The notes beneath the pieces are model-generated. The model did not search any database. It saw nothing but the letters and a program-made list of their open reading frames with translations, and was not told where the DNA came from. From contig JAGVAS010000056.1 of the NCBI GenBank assembly GCA_020060185.1, positions 3,734 through 67,733 of the forward strand: a stretch of 64,000 nt of DNA. The letters are read 5' to 3'. The translations under genes were made by a program, and so were the position numbers. Positions within the stretch are counted from its first letter, which is position 1. Every line of letters begins with the position of its first letter. The DNA is from Desulfovibrio sp. Its GTDB lineage: Bacteria; Bacillota; Dethiobacteria; DTU022; UBA8154. Positions 38,642 to 48,048 of the stretch are shown one piece after another.

Positions 38642-41059
38642 ATGAATAAAGTTTTTTCGCAAAAAAAGGGCGGTTCCAGGCATTATATCCCGGCCTTTGC
38701 CACGTTTTTTATAATCCTTATTTTTTTTGCCGGTTCCTTAAGTGGCTGCGCCAGGCAACAGGCACAGTTTTTGCCGGAAATTGCCGTTATCAGTGATACC
38801 AGGCTTGTCTCACGCACAAATGAGCGCTTTTTTGAGGTGTACCGTGACGGCGAGTGGGTCCCCCTGATTGTCAAAGGGGTAAACATCGGCACCGCCCTGC
38901 CGGGAAAACACTTCACCCAGTTTCCCATGACCAGAGAGGTTTACCAAAGCTGGCTGGAGCAGGTAGCCGAGCTCAATGCCAATACAATACGTCTCTACAC
39001 GCTCCTGGATCCTCTCTTCTACCAGGCTTTTCATGAATACAACCGCTCGGCAGAGCCAGCAAAAAGGTTGTGGCTCCTGCAGGAGATCTGGCCGGAAGAA
39101 AATGTCCCCGGAAAAAACTATTTCTCTCCCGATTATATGGAGGAGTATAAGCAGGAAATCCGCCATGTGATCGATGCGCTGCATGGGTCAGCAGAAATAC
39201 GGGCGCGAAGAGGAAGAGCCTTTGGTTCTTACCGGGCTGATGTTTCACCTTACCTCCTTGGTCTGCTCATCGGCAGGGAGCTGGAGCCGGACGAAGTGCT
39301 GCACACCAACACGGTCAATAAAGATTTAAATATATATGAAGGCCGTTTTCTCCAGGCCGCAGCCGGCTCCAACTCCACCGAAGTGTGGCTCGCCATGATG
39401 TGCGATTATGCCATGGAGTATGGACAGGAGGTTTACGGGTGGCAGCAGCCCGTTTCTTTCGTCAGCTGGCCGACTCTTGACCCCCTTGAACATCCGACGG
39501 AGTGGGAGCCACATGGCCTGCCATACAACGATATGGCCGAGGTGAACCCCGCACACCTCCAGGCTGGCCCTGACAACCTGGCCGGTTTTTTCGGCTCCTA
39601 CCATATCTATCCCAACTACCCTGACTTCATGAATAATGAACCCGAATACGATAAATATGTCGATGAAGAAGGCATTTTGCGCTACGGAGGTTACCTGCGG
39701 GACTTTATGGCCGTTCACCCTCCCTACCCGGCGCTGGTGGCAGAATTTGGCATGGCTACCGGTGTGGCTACAGCGCATGTGCATCCTCATGGGTTTGATC
39801 ACGGCGGCGTATCCGAACAGCAGCAGGGTGAAATGATCGTGCGCATGTTCAAAGCCATCCTCAGAGAAGGGTATGCCGGTGGTGTCATTTTCGAGTTAAT
39901 GGACGAATGGGCGAAAAAAACCTGGATAACCGAGCCGTACATGGTGCCCTTTGAGCGAAATATTTACTGGCAAAATGCTCTCTGCCCCGAGCAAAATTAC
40001 GGCCTTCTAGCCATGGAGTCAGCAAAAGTGCCCTTTTCTGAGACAAGCCCCCTCTATAACCAGGATGTAAACTTTATGCATAAGACAGAAAATACTGTGT
40101 CACCGGAAAAAGAGCAGAAAGTGCTGGGATTAAAAAGTCTCTGGGTGGACCATAATGAGACTTATCTTTACCTCGGTTTGGAGCTGGAGACAAGCGAAAG
40201 AGCATTAACGTCCGGCAATGCAGATGCCGGCGGGCGGTTTCTGCCGCCGGGCACCGGCCTGCTCATCGGGCTTGATACCTTTGGCCCCGAACGAGGGACC
40301 AAGCGCCTTCCCATTGGAGAGGAACATTCTCCACACGGCCTGGAATTTGTTATTCTCATAACCGCAGACGAAGAGGATGCGTGTTTACTCGTCACATCTT
40401 CATACAACCGCTCTAAACATAATTATTCCTCCCCGCCAAGCAACAGTTATCAAAATAATGTTGAGGAAAAATGGGAAAGCATACGCCCTCTGGTCAACAG
40501 GGAGCGCGTAGCTGAAGACGGCACTTACTTCCCCGCCATTTACAGCAACCAGAGCATCCTGAAGGGGGGTAACTTTTACCCCGAAGGAGAAGATTATAAT
40601 TCCCTGGCCCTGTATTATGCCAACGAAGACTCAGGGAGGCTGGAGCTGCGCCTTCCCTGGGCGCTGCTCGGTTTTTCAGACCCCTCTACCCGCCAGGTAA
40701 TTGATGATCCCCGGGAGCACAGGGAAAGCCCCCTTCGCGATGCGCTGCAGACCACTACCAGCCCTGGAATATCTATCTGCGCCCTTTCCTTTTCCTTTAC
40801 CCCCGTAGAAAAAGCCGGGACCCCCTTCCGGGATATTGAGGGGATCGAGCCTGGAGAGCTGCCGGCATTAGCCTTGGACTATCTCCCGCGAAATCCTTTC
40901 GGAACCGGCTTTTCTTTAACTCTACCTTTTTATACCTGGGAATTCTGGGAAGAGCCAGATTACAGGAGCAGACACAAGAAAAGCTTTCCTATTATCAGGG
41001 ATTTCTTCTCCGCACCGGACAGCTTTTTTATAGAATACCCCAGGACCACTACAGGCTAA
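38642..41059 (+). CDS. Lipoprotein with a glycoside-hydrolase-like TIM barrel
   Basis: AGGAGG RBS, lipobox LSGC, KGVNIG, ANTIRLYT, GRELEP, SYHIYPNYP, VAEFG. Confidence 0.72.
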   Translation: MNKVFSQKKGGSRHYIPAFATFFIILIFFAGSLSGCARQQAQFLPEIAVISDTRLVSRTNERFFEVYRDGEWVPLIVKGVNIGTALPGKHFTQFPMTREVYQSWLEQVAELNANTIRLYTLLDPLFYQAFHEYNRSAEPAKRLWLLQEIWPEENVPGKNYFSPDYMEEYKQEIRHVIDALHGSAEIRARRGRAFGSYRADVSPYLLGLLIGRELEPDEVLHTNTVNKDLNIYEGRFLQAAAGSNSTEVWLAMMCDYAMEYGQEVYGWQQPVSFVSWPTLDPLEHPTEWEPHGLPYNDMAEVNPAHLQAGPDNLAGFFGSYHIYPNYPDFMNNEPEYDKYVDEEGILRYGGYLRDFMAVHPPYPALVAEFGMATGVATAHVHPHGFDHGGVSEQQQGEMIVRMFKAILREGYAGGVIFELMDEWAKKTWITEPYMVPFERNIYWQNALCPEQNYGLLAMESAKVPFSETSPLYNQDVNFMHKTENTVSPEKEQKVLGLKSLWVDHNETYLYLGLELETSERALTSGNADAGGRFLPPGTGLLIGLDTFGPERGTKRLPIGEEHSPHGLEFVILITADEEDACLLVTSSYNRSKHNYSSPPSNSYQNNVEEKWESIRPLVNRERVAEDGTYFPAIYSNQSILKGGNFYPEGEDYNSLALYYANEDSGRLELRLPWALLGFSDPSTRQVIDDPREHRESPLRDALQTTTSPGISICALSFSFTPVEKAGTPFRDIEGIEPGELPALALDYLPRNPFGTGFSLTLPFYTWEFWEEPDYRSRHKKSFPIIRDFFSAPDSFFIEYPRTTTG

Positions 41060-41073
41060 AAATATTAAATATA

Positions 41074-41274
41074 ATTAAAACCACAACCCTCGAGACGGTC
41101 CAGGGCTGGGTCGAACAGACAGAGGAAAACGATGAATGGCTGATCATGCTTTTCCACAGGATTGAAAAACCGGCTGATTATGAGACGAAGGTAACTCCCT
41201 CAACCTTCAAGGAGATTATTGATTACCTGGCAACAACGAACGTTATAGTAGTTACCATGTCAGATGCGTTTTGA
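41074..41274 (+). pseudogene. C-terminal remnant of a polysaccharide deacetylase-like (CE4) gene
   Basis: Start-less frame TTLETVQGWVEQTEENDEWLIMLFHRI...FKEIIDYLATTNVIVVTMSDAF*. Confidence 0.6.
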
Positions 41275-41519
41275 AAGTGCCACTTCCTCAAAAGAACCGC
41301 AGCCCTTTTCCCGGCGAGCATTTTTCTTGGATGCATGCACAACCAGTGCCGTCTCGTACTCCGCGGAGCTATGGAGAAAAGATTGTACCCGACTTCGCGA
41401 ACTCGCTTCGCTCGATGATTCAATGAGGAGCTCTGCCCCACTGAATTATAAGGTTTTATAATTAACTATGCTGAATTCAGCTCCCATCTATAGAAGTGGG
41501 AGACCTATTCTGGCCTTGG

Positions 41520-44130
41520 TTAAAGCTCTTCCTTCTCCCTTTTGGCCAGATGTTTGCCCCGCCAGATCAGCCATCCTGCAGCCAGAGCGGTGATAAGCCA
41601 ACCTGTGTTTACAGCGCTGCTCGAACCGTATCTCATACTGACAGCGTGCCTACCGGGCGGCAAAATTAACAGGACCAGGTTCTCATGTCTGTACGCGGTG
41701 ATGGGCTCACCATCAAGATAAACATGCCACCTAGGAGTATAGGTGACCGATATGATTACAGGTTGAGTTTCTAATGACTCATACTCGAACTCAACGCCCT
41801 TGTGATCCCAGCGCGTCCAAATAGTCTCGAAAGGCTCAGGGATTATTTCTTTTCGAGGCTTTCCAAGATCAAGAAGCGGTTCTAAAAGCCGGCGAGCTTC
41901 TTCTTTAAATTCAGGTTTAATGAGTCTTGGAATATGCAAGCCAGTAAAGTATATTTCTCCTTCCGGGATCTGCTTTACACCACAAACGGCATAAACACTT
42001 TTTTCTTCACCGAACACACCTTTTTCCTCGTCAAGGGTAAGCATTACTGAACCCAATTTTCTATAAACAGCACCTTGTCCTTCTTTTAAATGAATTAAAT
42101 GAATATCCATTTCGCTTTTATAAAAATTTGAACTCTCATCCGTGGGAACAAGGTTTACTACTCCGCTCACAGGCTTTTCAAAGCGCCACACATTAAATAT
42201 CTCCGGAATCGTGCCAGTTGCTGAAAGGTCCAGAATAACAGTTTTCCCTTTGTCTACCCACCTTTTAATACGCTTCTCCAGCTCTGCAATATTCAGTTCG
42301 GGGAGATCATACAGATAGATAACGTTAAAAAGATCGACGTATTCTTCATCATATTTCAGGGGGTTTGCCACCCTCCCCTCGGTCACCCACGGAAAGAGCC
42401 GCGCTACGTAATTAATAGCTGCTTCTTCCTATAACAAGCACGTCGGAATGCAGCTTCATGAAATAGGTGGAAGGGTGATCCGTAGTGACTACCACAGCAT
42501 CTTCATTTTGAGCCAGATACGACCAATCATTCAGGTAGAGATAATCCGACATACTCTGGAGAAAATCATAACCGCGGTCTAGAACAACTGCTCGTGTGTT
42601 CCACAAATACCAATTTCTCAGCATGTACTGATAATAGCCTTCATGGTAGGCGATGTTATGATTGACAAGGGTATAAGAATGAACAGTGCCTTCAATATTC
42701 CAACCAATTGAAGTGTTGAACCCATATTTAACCGGGAAAAAGGCCATTTCTCCACCCGAATGTGGGAGTTCTGCAGTAAGGCGACCCTTTTCAAACGGAT
42801 TTTTTCCGGTTGTCGGGACAGCATCAATAAGAAACCGTAATCTAGCATAGTCTGAAGGTGGGTTGAGAGGAACGAGGGGAGAAGATACAATAATGATTAT
42901 TACGATGACAATCGCAGGGACAATGCCAAGGGATTTCTTTATATCGGGATCTTTAAACCATCCGGTAAAAACTCTAGCAACCCCCTGAGCAAAAAAACTT
43001 ACCAGTATCGCCGCAGGGAGATCCGCAGCATGTAAAAAACGTAGAGGCACCAAGCTCTTTTCTCCCAGCGGCAAGAGCAAGTAAATTGGATTTTTCGGCC
43101 CTAAAGTTAAAGATGTTGTCACTACCCATACAACTACTAGCCCTAACCAGATAAAACGATCTTTATAAAAAAGAAACCCTAACAGTGCACCAAGAAGGGT
43201 TAGAAAAAAATAATAGAAATAAGGGGACCCAGGGTTTAAAAAAAAATCAACCGTAAGCATACTTTCGGCCCCCCGCGGCAGTGGCCAGGGAACACCCGGG
43301 GTTTCCCACTGGAAAACTCCTGGTACAGCCCAGAAGCCAGTCAAAGCTATACCTGTTAAAGCAGCTTCCGCAATTAAGATCAACCTTTTCCAATATAAAG
43401 GTAATTTCAGGCGCCAGATCATACAAAACAATACAACCCCGGCAAATTGTATATAAGCATGCATAGCATGAGTCATGGCCAGTAATGCCATATAAATGCA
43501 GGAGTATAGCCAGTTGCGGGTGCATGGTTTTTCGCATAAATTTATCATTTGCGCAAGTAAAAGGGGATAAAGAGGGAGAGAGAGCGCCCTTCCCAATGTT
43601 CCATCAATGAAAACTGACGAAAGGGTGTAATGACTGAGAGAGTACAGGAGTGCAGCATTTATTCCAACAACAACATCTCCACCCAGTTTCTTTGCAAGCT
43701 GGGCTGTAAAAAGGCCACCCAGGAAGAGGGATACCCAAGTAAACACTTTAAAAGTCATCATAATATTTCCAGTAAGAAGTTGTATAAAGGCGCCAACCCA
43801 TTTGCTTAAAGGAGGGTAGTACTGAACGAGGGTTGAGCCCATGTACCACTCCGGAAACCAATCGGAAAACTGCAGGTGACGCCAGCGCTCCGCCAGGTAC
43901 TCAACCTTGGTCAGGTGGCCCAACGTGTCAACGCCGGTTGGGAAAAGATCGTTAGAGGCACTTAAAATTGGCCACATGACAACAGTGCAGGCAATTGCTA
44001 TTATTGGTACTACATAGTGCCAGTATAGCACATCGGAGTTTAGTAAGGATTTATTACTCTTTAGCTCCCGTTTGTTAAATTGAACTGATAGATTTTTAGA
44101 AGCATCCATGGTAATTTTCTCCTGCTGCAT
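41520..44130 (-). pseudogene. Second PTPS-related (GT-C-like) membrane protein, split by a frameshift
   Basis: GVDTLGHL, WYMG..QYYPPL, THAM; ORFs 42412-44130 and 41520-42386 rejoin at GGAAGAAGCAGCTATTAAT if one A is removed (VIGRAAINYVARLFPWVTEG vs paralog VIGEYAPTIALMFPNVEMG). Confidence 0.78.
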
Positions 44131-44220
44131 ATACAGTGCAGCAACAATACCAATAAAATACCAATAAAGTGTTAGTAAGCGTTTAAAGGCGGTTTCGGTA
44201 AAAATTCTTCCGTGATGACG

Positions 44221-44586
44221 TTACTGCTGTAGAAAAAAAACACCTATACTAACAAGGACCATTCCGATAACCTTTGTTAGAGTAACTGTTTCCTTAAAAA
44301 GTAAAACAGAAAATACAAATACAATAATATAAGATAAACTGATACTGGGGTAAGCTTTACTTAGTTCCATGGTCGATATTACTTTAATCCACAGGATCAT
44401 GCTTGCAACAAAAAAACAAATGCCAGTTATTATCCACGGGCTGCGGAAAATATTTAAAAGTGTAAAAGGAATCGCTGACCACTCCAGATTAATCTCACCC
44501 ATTCTCTCTGTTGCGTATTTCAGCAAGATTTGACCGGATGCCCCCAGGAAAATGGCAATAAATAGTAACATCAAACTGGATTTCAA
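44221..44586 (-). CDS. SMR/EamA small transporter (ArnE/F-like flippase), copy 2
   Basis: GQILLK, ELSKAYP, FKETVT. Confidence 0.82.
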   Translation of the reverse strand: MKSSLMLLFIAIFLGASGQILLKYATERMGEINLEWSAIPFTLLNIFRSPWIITGICFFVASMILWIKVISTMELSKAYPSISLSYIIVFVFSVLLFKETVTLTKVIGMVLVSIGVFFLQQ

Positions 44587-44654
44587 ATGTTTTACCCCTT
44601 TCTGTTTTAGAAATATACAGCTACAGCAGAATTGTTTTTAAGACTGCTGCTATG

Positions 44655-45437
44655 TTAAGAAATCCGCAGCCCTTTTCCCAGCGGACATTTTTCTTTTGGG
44701 AGCGTGCACAGTTTGAGACTGTCACGTATTGTGGCTGCAATGCCAAGTTTACTGCGGCTTTTCTTGCGGTTGTACTGCAGCACCATGGGAACCTCACTTA
44801 TTTTCCGGCAAAGGGTTGCCAGCTTTAACAGAAGCTCAACAGTTGCCGAAAAGGTGCTGGACACCAGTAAGGAGCCATCAACTCTGTTACAGGCATTTTT
44901 TATCAGTTCTGCCCTGTAAGCACGAAAATTAACGGTGTAATCGCTTACGCCGGCAAGAGGAAAAATCAGGCCATAGTATTTCCTTGCCCCAAAGCTTAAA
45001 AGGCGGCGAAAAAAGGGGACCCCTACCTGCCCTCCACCCTTGGTGAAACGGGAGGCAATCGCTATTTCTGCTCCGTTCAGGACTGTCTTTACCAGAGCGC
45101 CGATGAGTTCGCCGGGGTGGGTGGCATCAGCGTCCATGGTCACGATACACGAAGCATTCATCCTTACGGCCTCGTAAAAACCCGTCAAGATAGCCTGTCC
45201 CAAGCCTTTATTTTCTGTATGAGACAGTATTGTAACCTTGGAATCAGCTTTTGCCCACTCTATAACTTTCTGCAGAGTTGCATCCCTGCTCCCGTCATTA
45301 ATGATAATTATGCGGTAATCGCATCCTTTAGGCAGTGATATGCCGCACTCAAACATGCTGCGCAGCGCCGGAACAGACAGCTCCTCGTTATACATGGGTA
45401 AAATTATAGCAACGAGTCTCTCTATCAACTTTATCAC
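44655..45437 (-). CDS. GT2 polyprenol-phosphate glycosyltransferase (DPM1/ArnC-like), copy 2
   Basis: ILPMYNEE, INDGSRD, TMDADATH. Confidence 0.85.
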   Translation of the reverse strand: MIKLIERLVAIILPMYNEELSVPALRSMFECGISLPKGCDYRIIIINDGSRDATLQKVIEWAKADSKVTILSHTENKGLGQAILTGFYEAVRMNASCIVTMDADATHPGELIGALVKTVLNGAEIAIASRFTKGGGQVGVPFFRRLLSFGARKYYGLIFPLAGVSDYTVNFRAYRAELIKNACNRVDGSLLVSSTFSATVELLLKLATLCRKISEVPMVLQYNRKKSRSKLGIAATIRDSLKLCTLPKEKCPLGKGLRIS

Positions 45438-45449
45438 CTCATTGACAAG

Positions 45450-46850
45450 TCAGTTTACAACCCGCTTTCCACCTTTGCTTATTTTAGATTTTCCGGGAGA
45501 GGTAAAGAGAGTTTTCAGTGAAAGATGATATTCTCTAAAAACATCCTTGAGCTGGGCAACAGGGTTTTCCACCCTCCAGCTTTTGGCTTCCGTTAAAACC
45601 AAGATTATCCCGGCCAGCCTGAACCAGTAAACGAGATACCTGAAAAAAGGAACTAAAAAAACTATCCACCAAATTTTTTTCACGTCTTTTTTGAAGTCTT
45701 CCGGACTGGCCCTGTAGTATACGAGCAGGCTGAGAGCATCCAAAAGAAAGTAGCAGAAAAAAAGTATGGCTATGAAGAAAAATACAGTTTGCAATGCATA
45801 ACCCAAGAAGTAGAGAAAAAAGATTAAAAATGTCCAGGTGAGCCGGGTGAGAGCCAGCGTATGATCAGTGAGGAACATACGGCCTATATAATCCCACAAT
45901 TTTAATGCCGGGCCCTTGCTCCCCGCCGAATGGATGGCCACTGTTTCTATTTCTCCCCGCTGCCAGCGCGCCCTTTGGGCATACAAGCTTGCAAGTGACT
46001 TGACTGGCTCAACGTAAGCAACTGAGTCCAAAATAGCTCCCACGCGGTATTTCTTTTGGGGAGAGACTTTTTTGATCTGAAAAGTCAGGTCGGTATCTTC
46101 GGACACGGTGCGCTCCTGGTACATGAATGACTGCATAAGTACATCCCGCCGGAATGCAGAGAAGGCGCCGGAGAGGGTAAACAGAGTGTTCTTAATGTCC
46201 TGGTAACGGCGGCCAATATTAAAAGCAAGCATATACTCTACGACTTCACAGTAGTTAATAATATCCATGAAGGAAAAACCTTTTCCCAGCTCTTTATCTA
46301 CCCTGATATAACCTGTCGCAGCAGCCAGTGTGCTGTCTTCTTCAAAAGTCCGGGCTACCTTCATAAGGGCTTCCTCGTCCAGCCAGGCGTCGGAATCCAC
46401 GTTTATAATATAAGTGCCTTGGGCTGAATAAATCCCCGCATTTAAAGCAATTGATTTGCTGGGCCTATTAAGGGAGATCCAGAGGGTATTAATTTCGGGG
46501 TGAGCAAATTGAAAGCGCTGAAAAACTTCAAAACTGTTGTCCTGGCTGCCGTTGTTGACACAGATAATCTGTATTTTTTCCTTTGGGTAGTTCTGCATAT
46601 AAATTGACTCCAGACATTTAAAAAGCGTTTTCTCGGAGTTGTAAACAGGAACAATAACGGTTATAAACGGCTGATGAAGCTCGCAGCTCAGCGGTGGGTC
46701 TTGTTTTTCTCTCTTCGAATGAACATAAAGGCCCCAAAAACAGTTTACTGCCGCGGATACATCCACCAGGAGCGGGGCAAGCAGCCAGATGCCCCAGAAA
46801 AGTATAAAACGAAGAGAAATATCCCATAAAACTTCAGGCATTTTCAACAT
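45450..46850 (-). CDS. GT2 glycosyltransferase, exosortase-G-associated type, copy 2
   Basis: INVDSD, TLSGAFSAFR, SEDTDLT, QRARWQRGEIE; adjacent to xrtG. Confidence 0.87.
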   Translation of the reverse strand: MLKMPEVLWDISLRFILFWGIWLLAPLLVDVSAAVNCFWGLYVHSKREKQDPPLSCELHQPFITVIVPVYNSEKTLFKCLESIYMQNYPKEKIQIICVNNGSQDNSFEVFQRFQFAHPEINTLWISLNRPSKSIALNAGIYSAQGTYIINVDSDAWLDEEALMKVARTFEEDSTLAAATGYIRVDKELGKGFSFMDIINYCEVVEYMLAFNIGRRYQDIKNTLFTLSGAFSAFRRDVLMQSFMYQERTVSEDTDLTFQIKKVSPQKKYRVGAILDSVAYVEPVKSLASLYAQRARWQRGEIETVAIHSAGSKGPALKLWDYIGRMFLTDHTLALTRLTWTFLIFFLYFLGYALQTVFFFIAILFFCYFLLDALSLLVYYRASPEDFKKDVKKIWWIVFLVPFFRYLVYWFRLAGIILVLTEAKSWRVENPVAQLKDVFREYHLSLKTLFTSPGKSKISKGGKRVVN

Positions 46851-48048
46851 CCTCCTTGACTCTTACCAATGTGGGCCGCGTCATGAGATGCCAGTAAATC
46901 AGCACAATAAAAAAGAAAAAGAGAATACGCCCAAACAGGGTATGGGCCAGAAAATTAAAATTCCTGCCGAAGCTGTAAATAATAGCTACAATTATCATCA
47001 AGCGCACCATGTTAAAAGAAAGCAGCGCAGCGACCCCTACCAATGAATAAAGAATTCTTTTGGAAAGCCTGCAGACAGGATAAAAGAGGATCAAGCCTAA
47101 AAAAACACCGATCTCCAGGATGCCTGAGCTTTCAATATCTATGTCTATTGTTGTCCAGCTTTCATCGATCTTGATAAACACCAGGATTGTGCCAGGAGCT
47201 TTATCAAAAACAAAGGTTATAATATCAAAATAATTCAGTAAATGGTGGAGAGCCAGGCCGGTCAGGTGCTCGATACGGTACTCTAGAAGCGAGCCACGGA
47301 AAAGCAGAATAAACAGGAAAGTAAAGCCTACCGCGCTCCATATGTAATAGAAAAGCCAGATACGGTGCCGGTATAGTATAAATGAACCTGTCAGCCAGCA
47401 CAGGGCCAGAAATGTTATCCATATCCTGTTCCTTACGACAACTGGAAATGGTTTCCATTGAATATCTCCTTCCGAGGGGATTCGGTCGTCTTGAAGAACG
47501 GCAGTGGAAAGATAAAACCTGATATACTGGGCGGGGTAGACATGGAGGTCGGCCATGGGAATACTAAATTCAAAGCAGCTGCCGCCGCTTATGGACCCTT
47601 CTCCCCAGTCCCCCTCGTAGGTAGAAAGCAGCTTTCCCTGTGACGAGTACAGCTCTACAAGCACTTCCCCTGTATCATAAGTCGGTTCATACAATACTTT
47701 CGCAAACTTGTCAATGGCGTTATTATAGCTGCCGTTATCGTTAATATCCAAATTAAGCCTGCACACATAGCTGCTCCCTTCTTTAACTGGCTCGCGCAGC
47801 TCTACCATGAAATAGAGGATTCTTTCATTTTCATTGGTTCCCCAGGACATTGATTTAAGTCTTCTGCTTTTTGAAGCGTCGTCTTTAAAGTCGATGTGGT
47901 AGGAAGTGCGCCCTTTCCAGTCGTCAAATTGCCCGTCCAGCCGTATTTTTTGTAGAAATAAAGACCCCGGGGGCCACAGTAATATTAGCGCCACACATAT
48001 TGCCGTTATGATAAAATAAAAAAGGCGCATATCAGATCCTAACCTCAC
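46834..48048 (-). CDS. xrtG: Exosortase XrtG-family protein fused to an N-terminal extracellular domain
   Basis: C-terminal half: YYIWSAVG, IDIESSGILE, FNMVRL, LAHTLFGRILFF, MTRP; N-terminal LDGQFDDW domain. Confidence 0.78.
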   Translation of the reverse strand: MRLGSDMRLFYFIITAICVALILLWPPGSLFLQKIRLDGQFDDWKGRTSYHIDFKDDASKSRRLKSMSWGTNENERILYFMVELREPVKEGSSYVCRLNLDINDNGSYNNAIDKFAKVLYEPTYDTGEVLVELYSSQGKLLSTYEGDWGEGSISGGSCFEFSIPMADLHVYPAQYIRFYLSTAVLQDDRIPSEGDIQWKPFPVVVRNRIWITFLALCWLTGSFILYRHRIWLFYYIWSAVGFTFLFILLFRGSLLEYRIEHLTGLALHHLLNYFDIITFVFDKAPGTILVFIKIDESWTTIDIDIESSGILEIGVFLGLILFYPVCRLSKRILYSLVGVAALLSFNMVRLMIIVAIIYSFGRNFNFLAHTLFGRILFFFFIVLIYWHLMTRPTLVRVKEDVENA

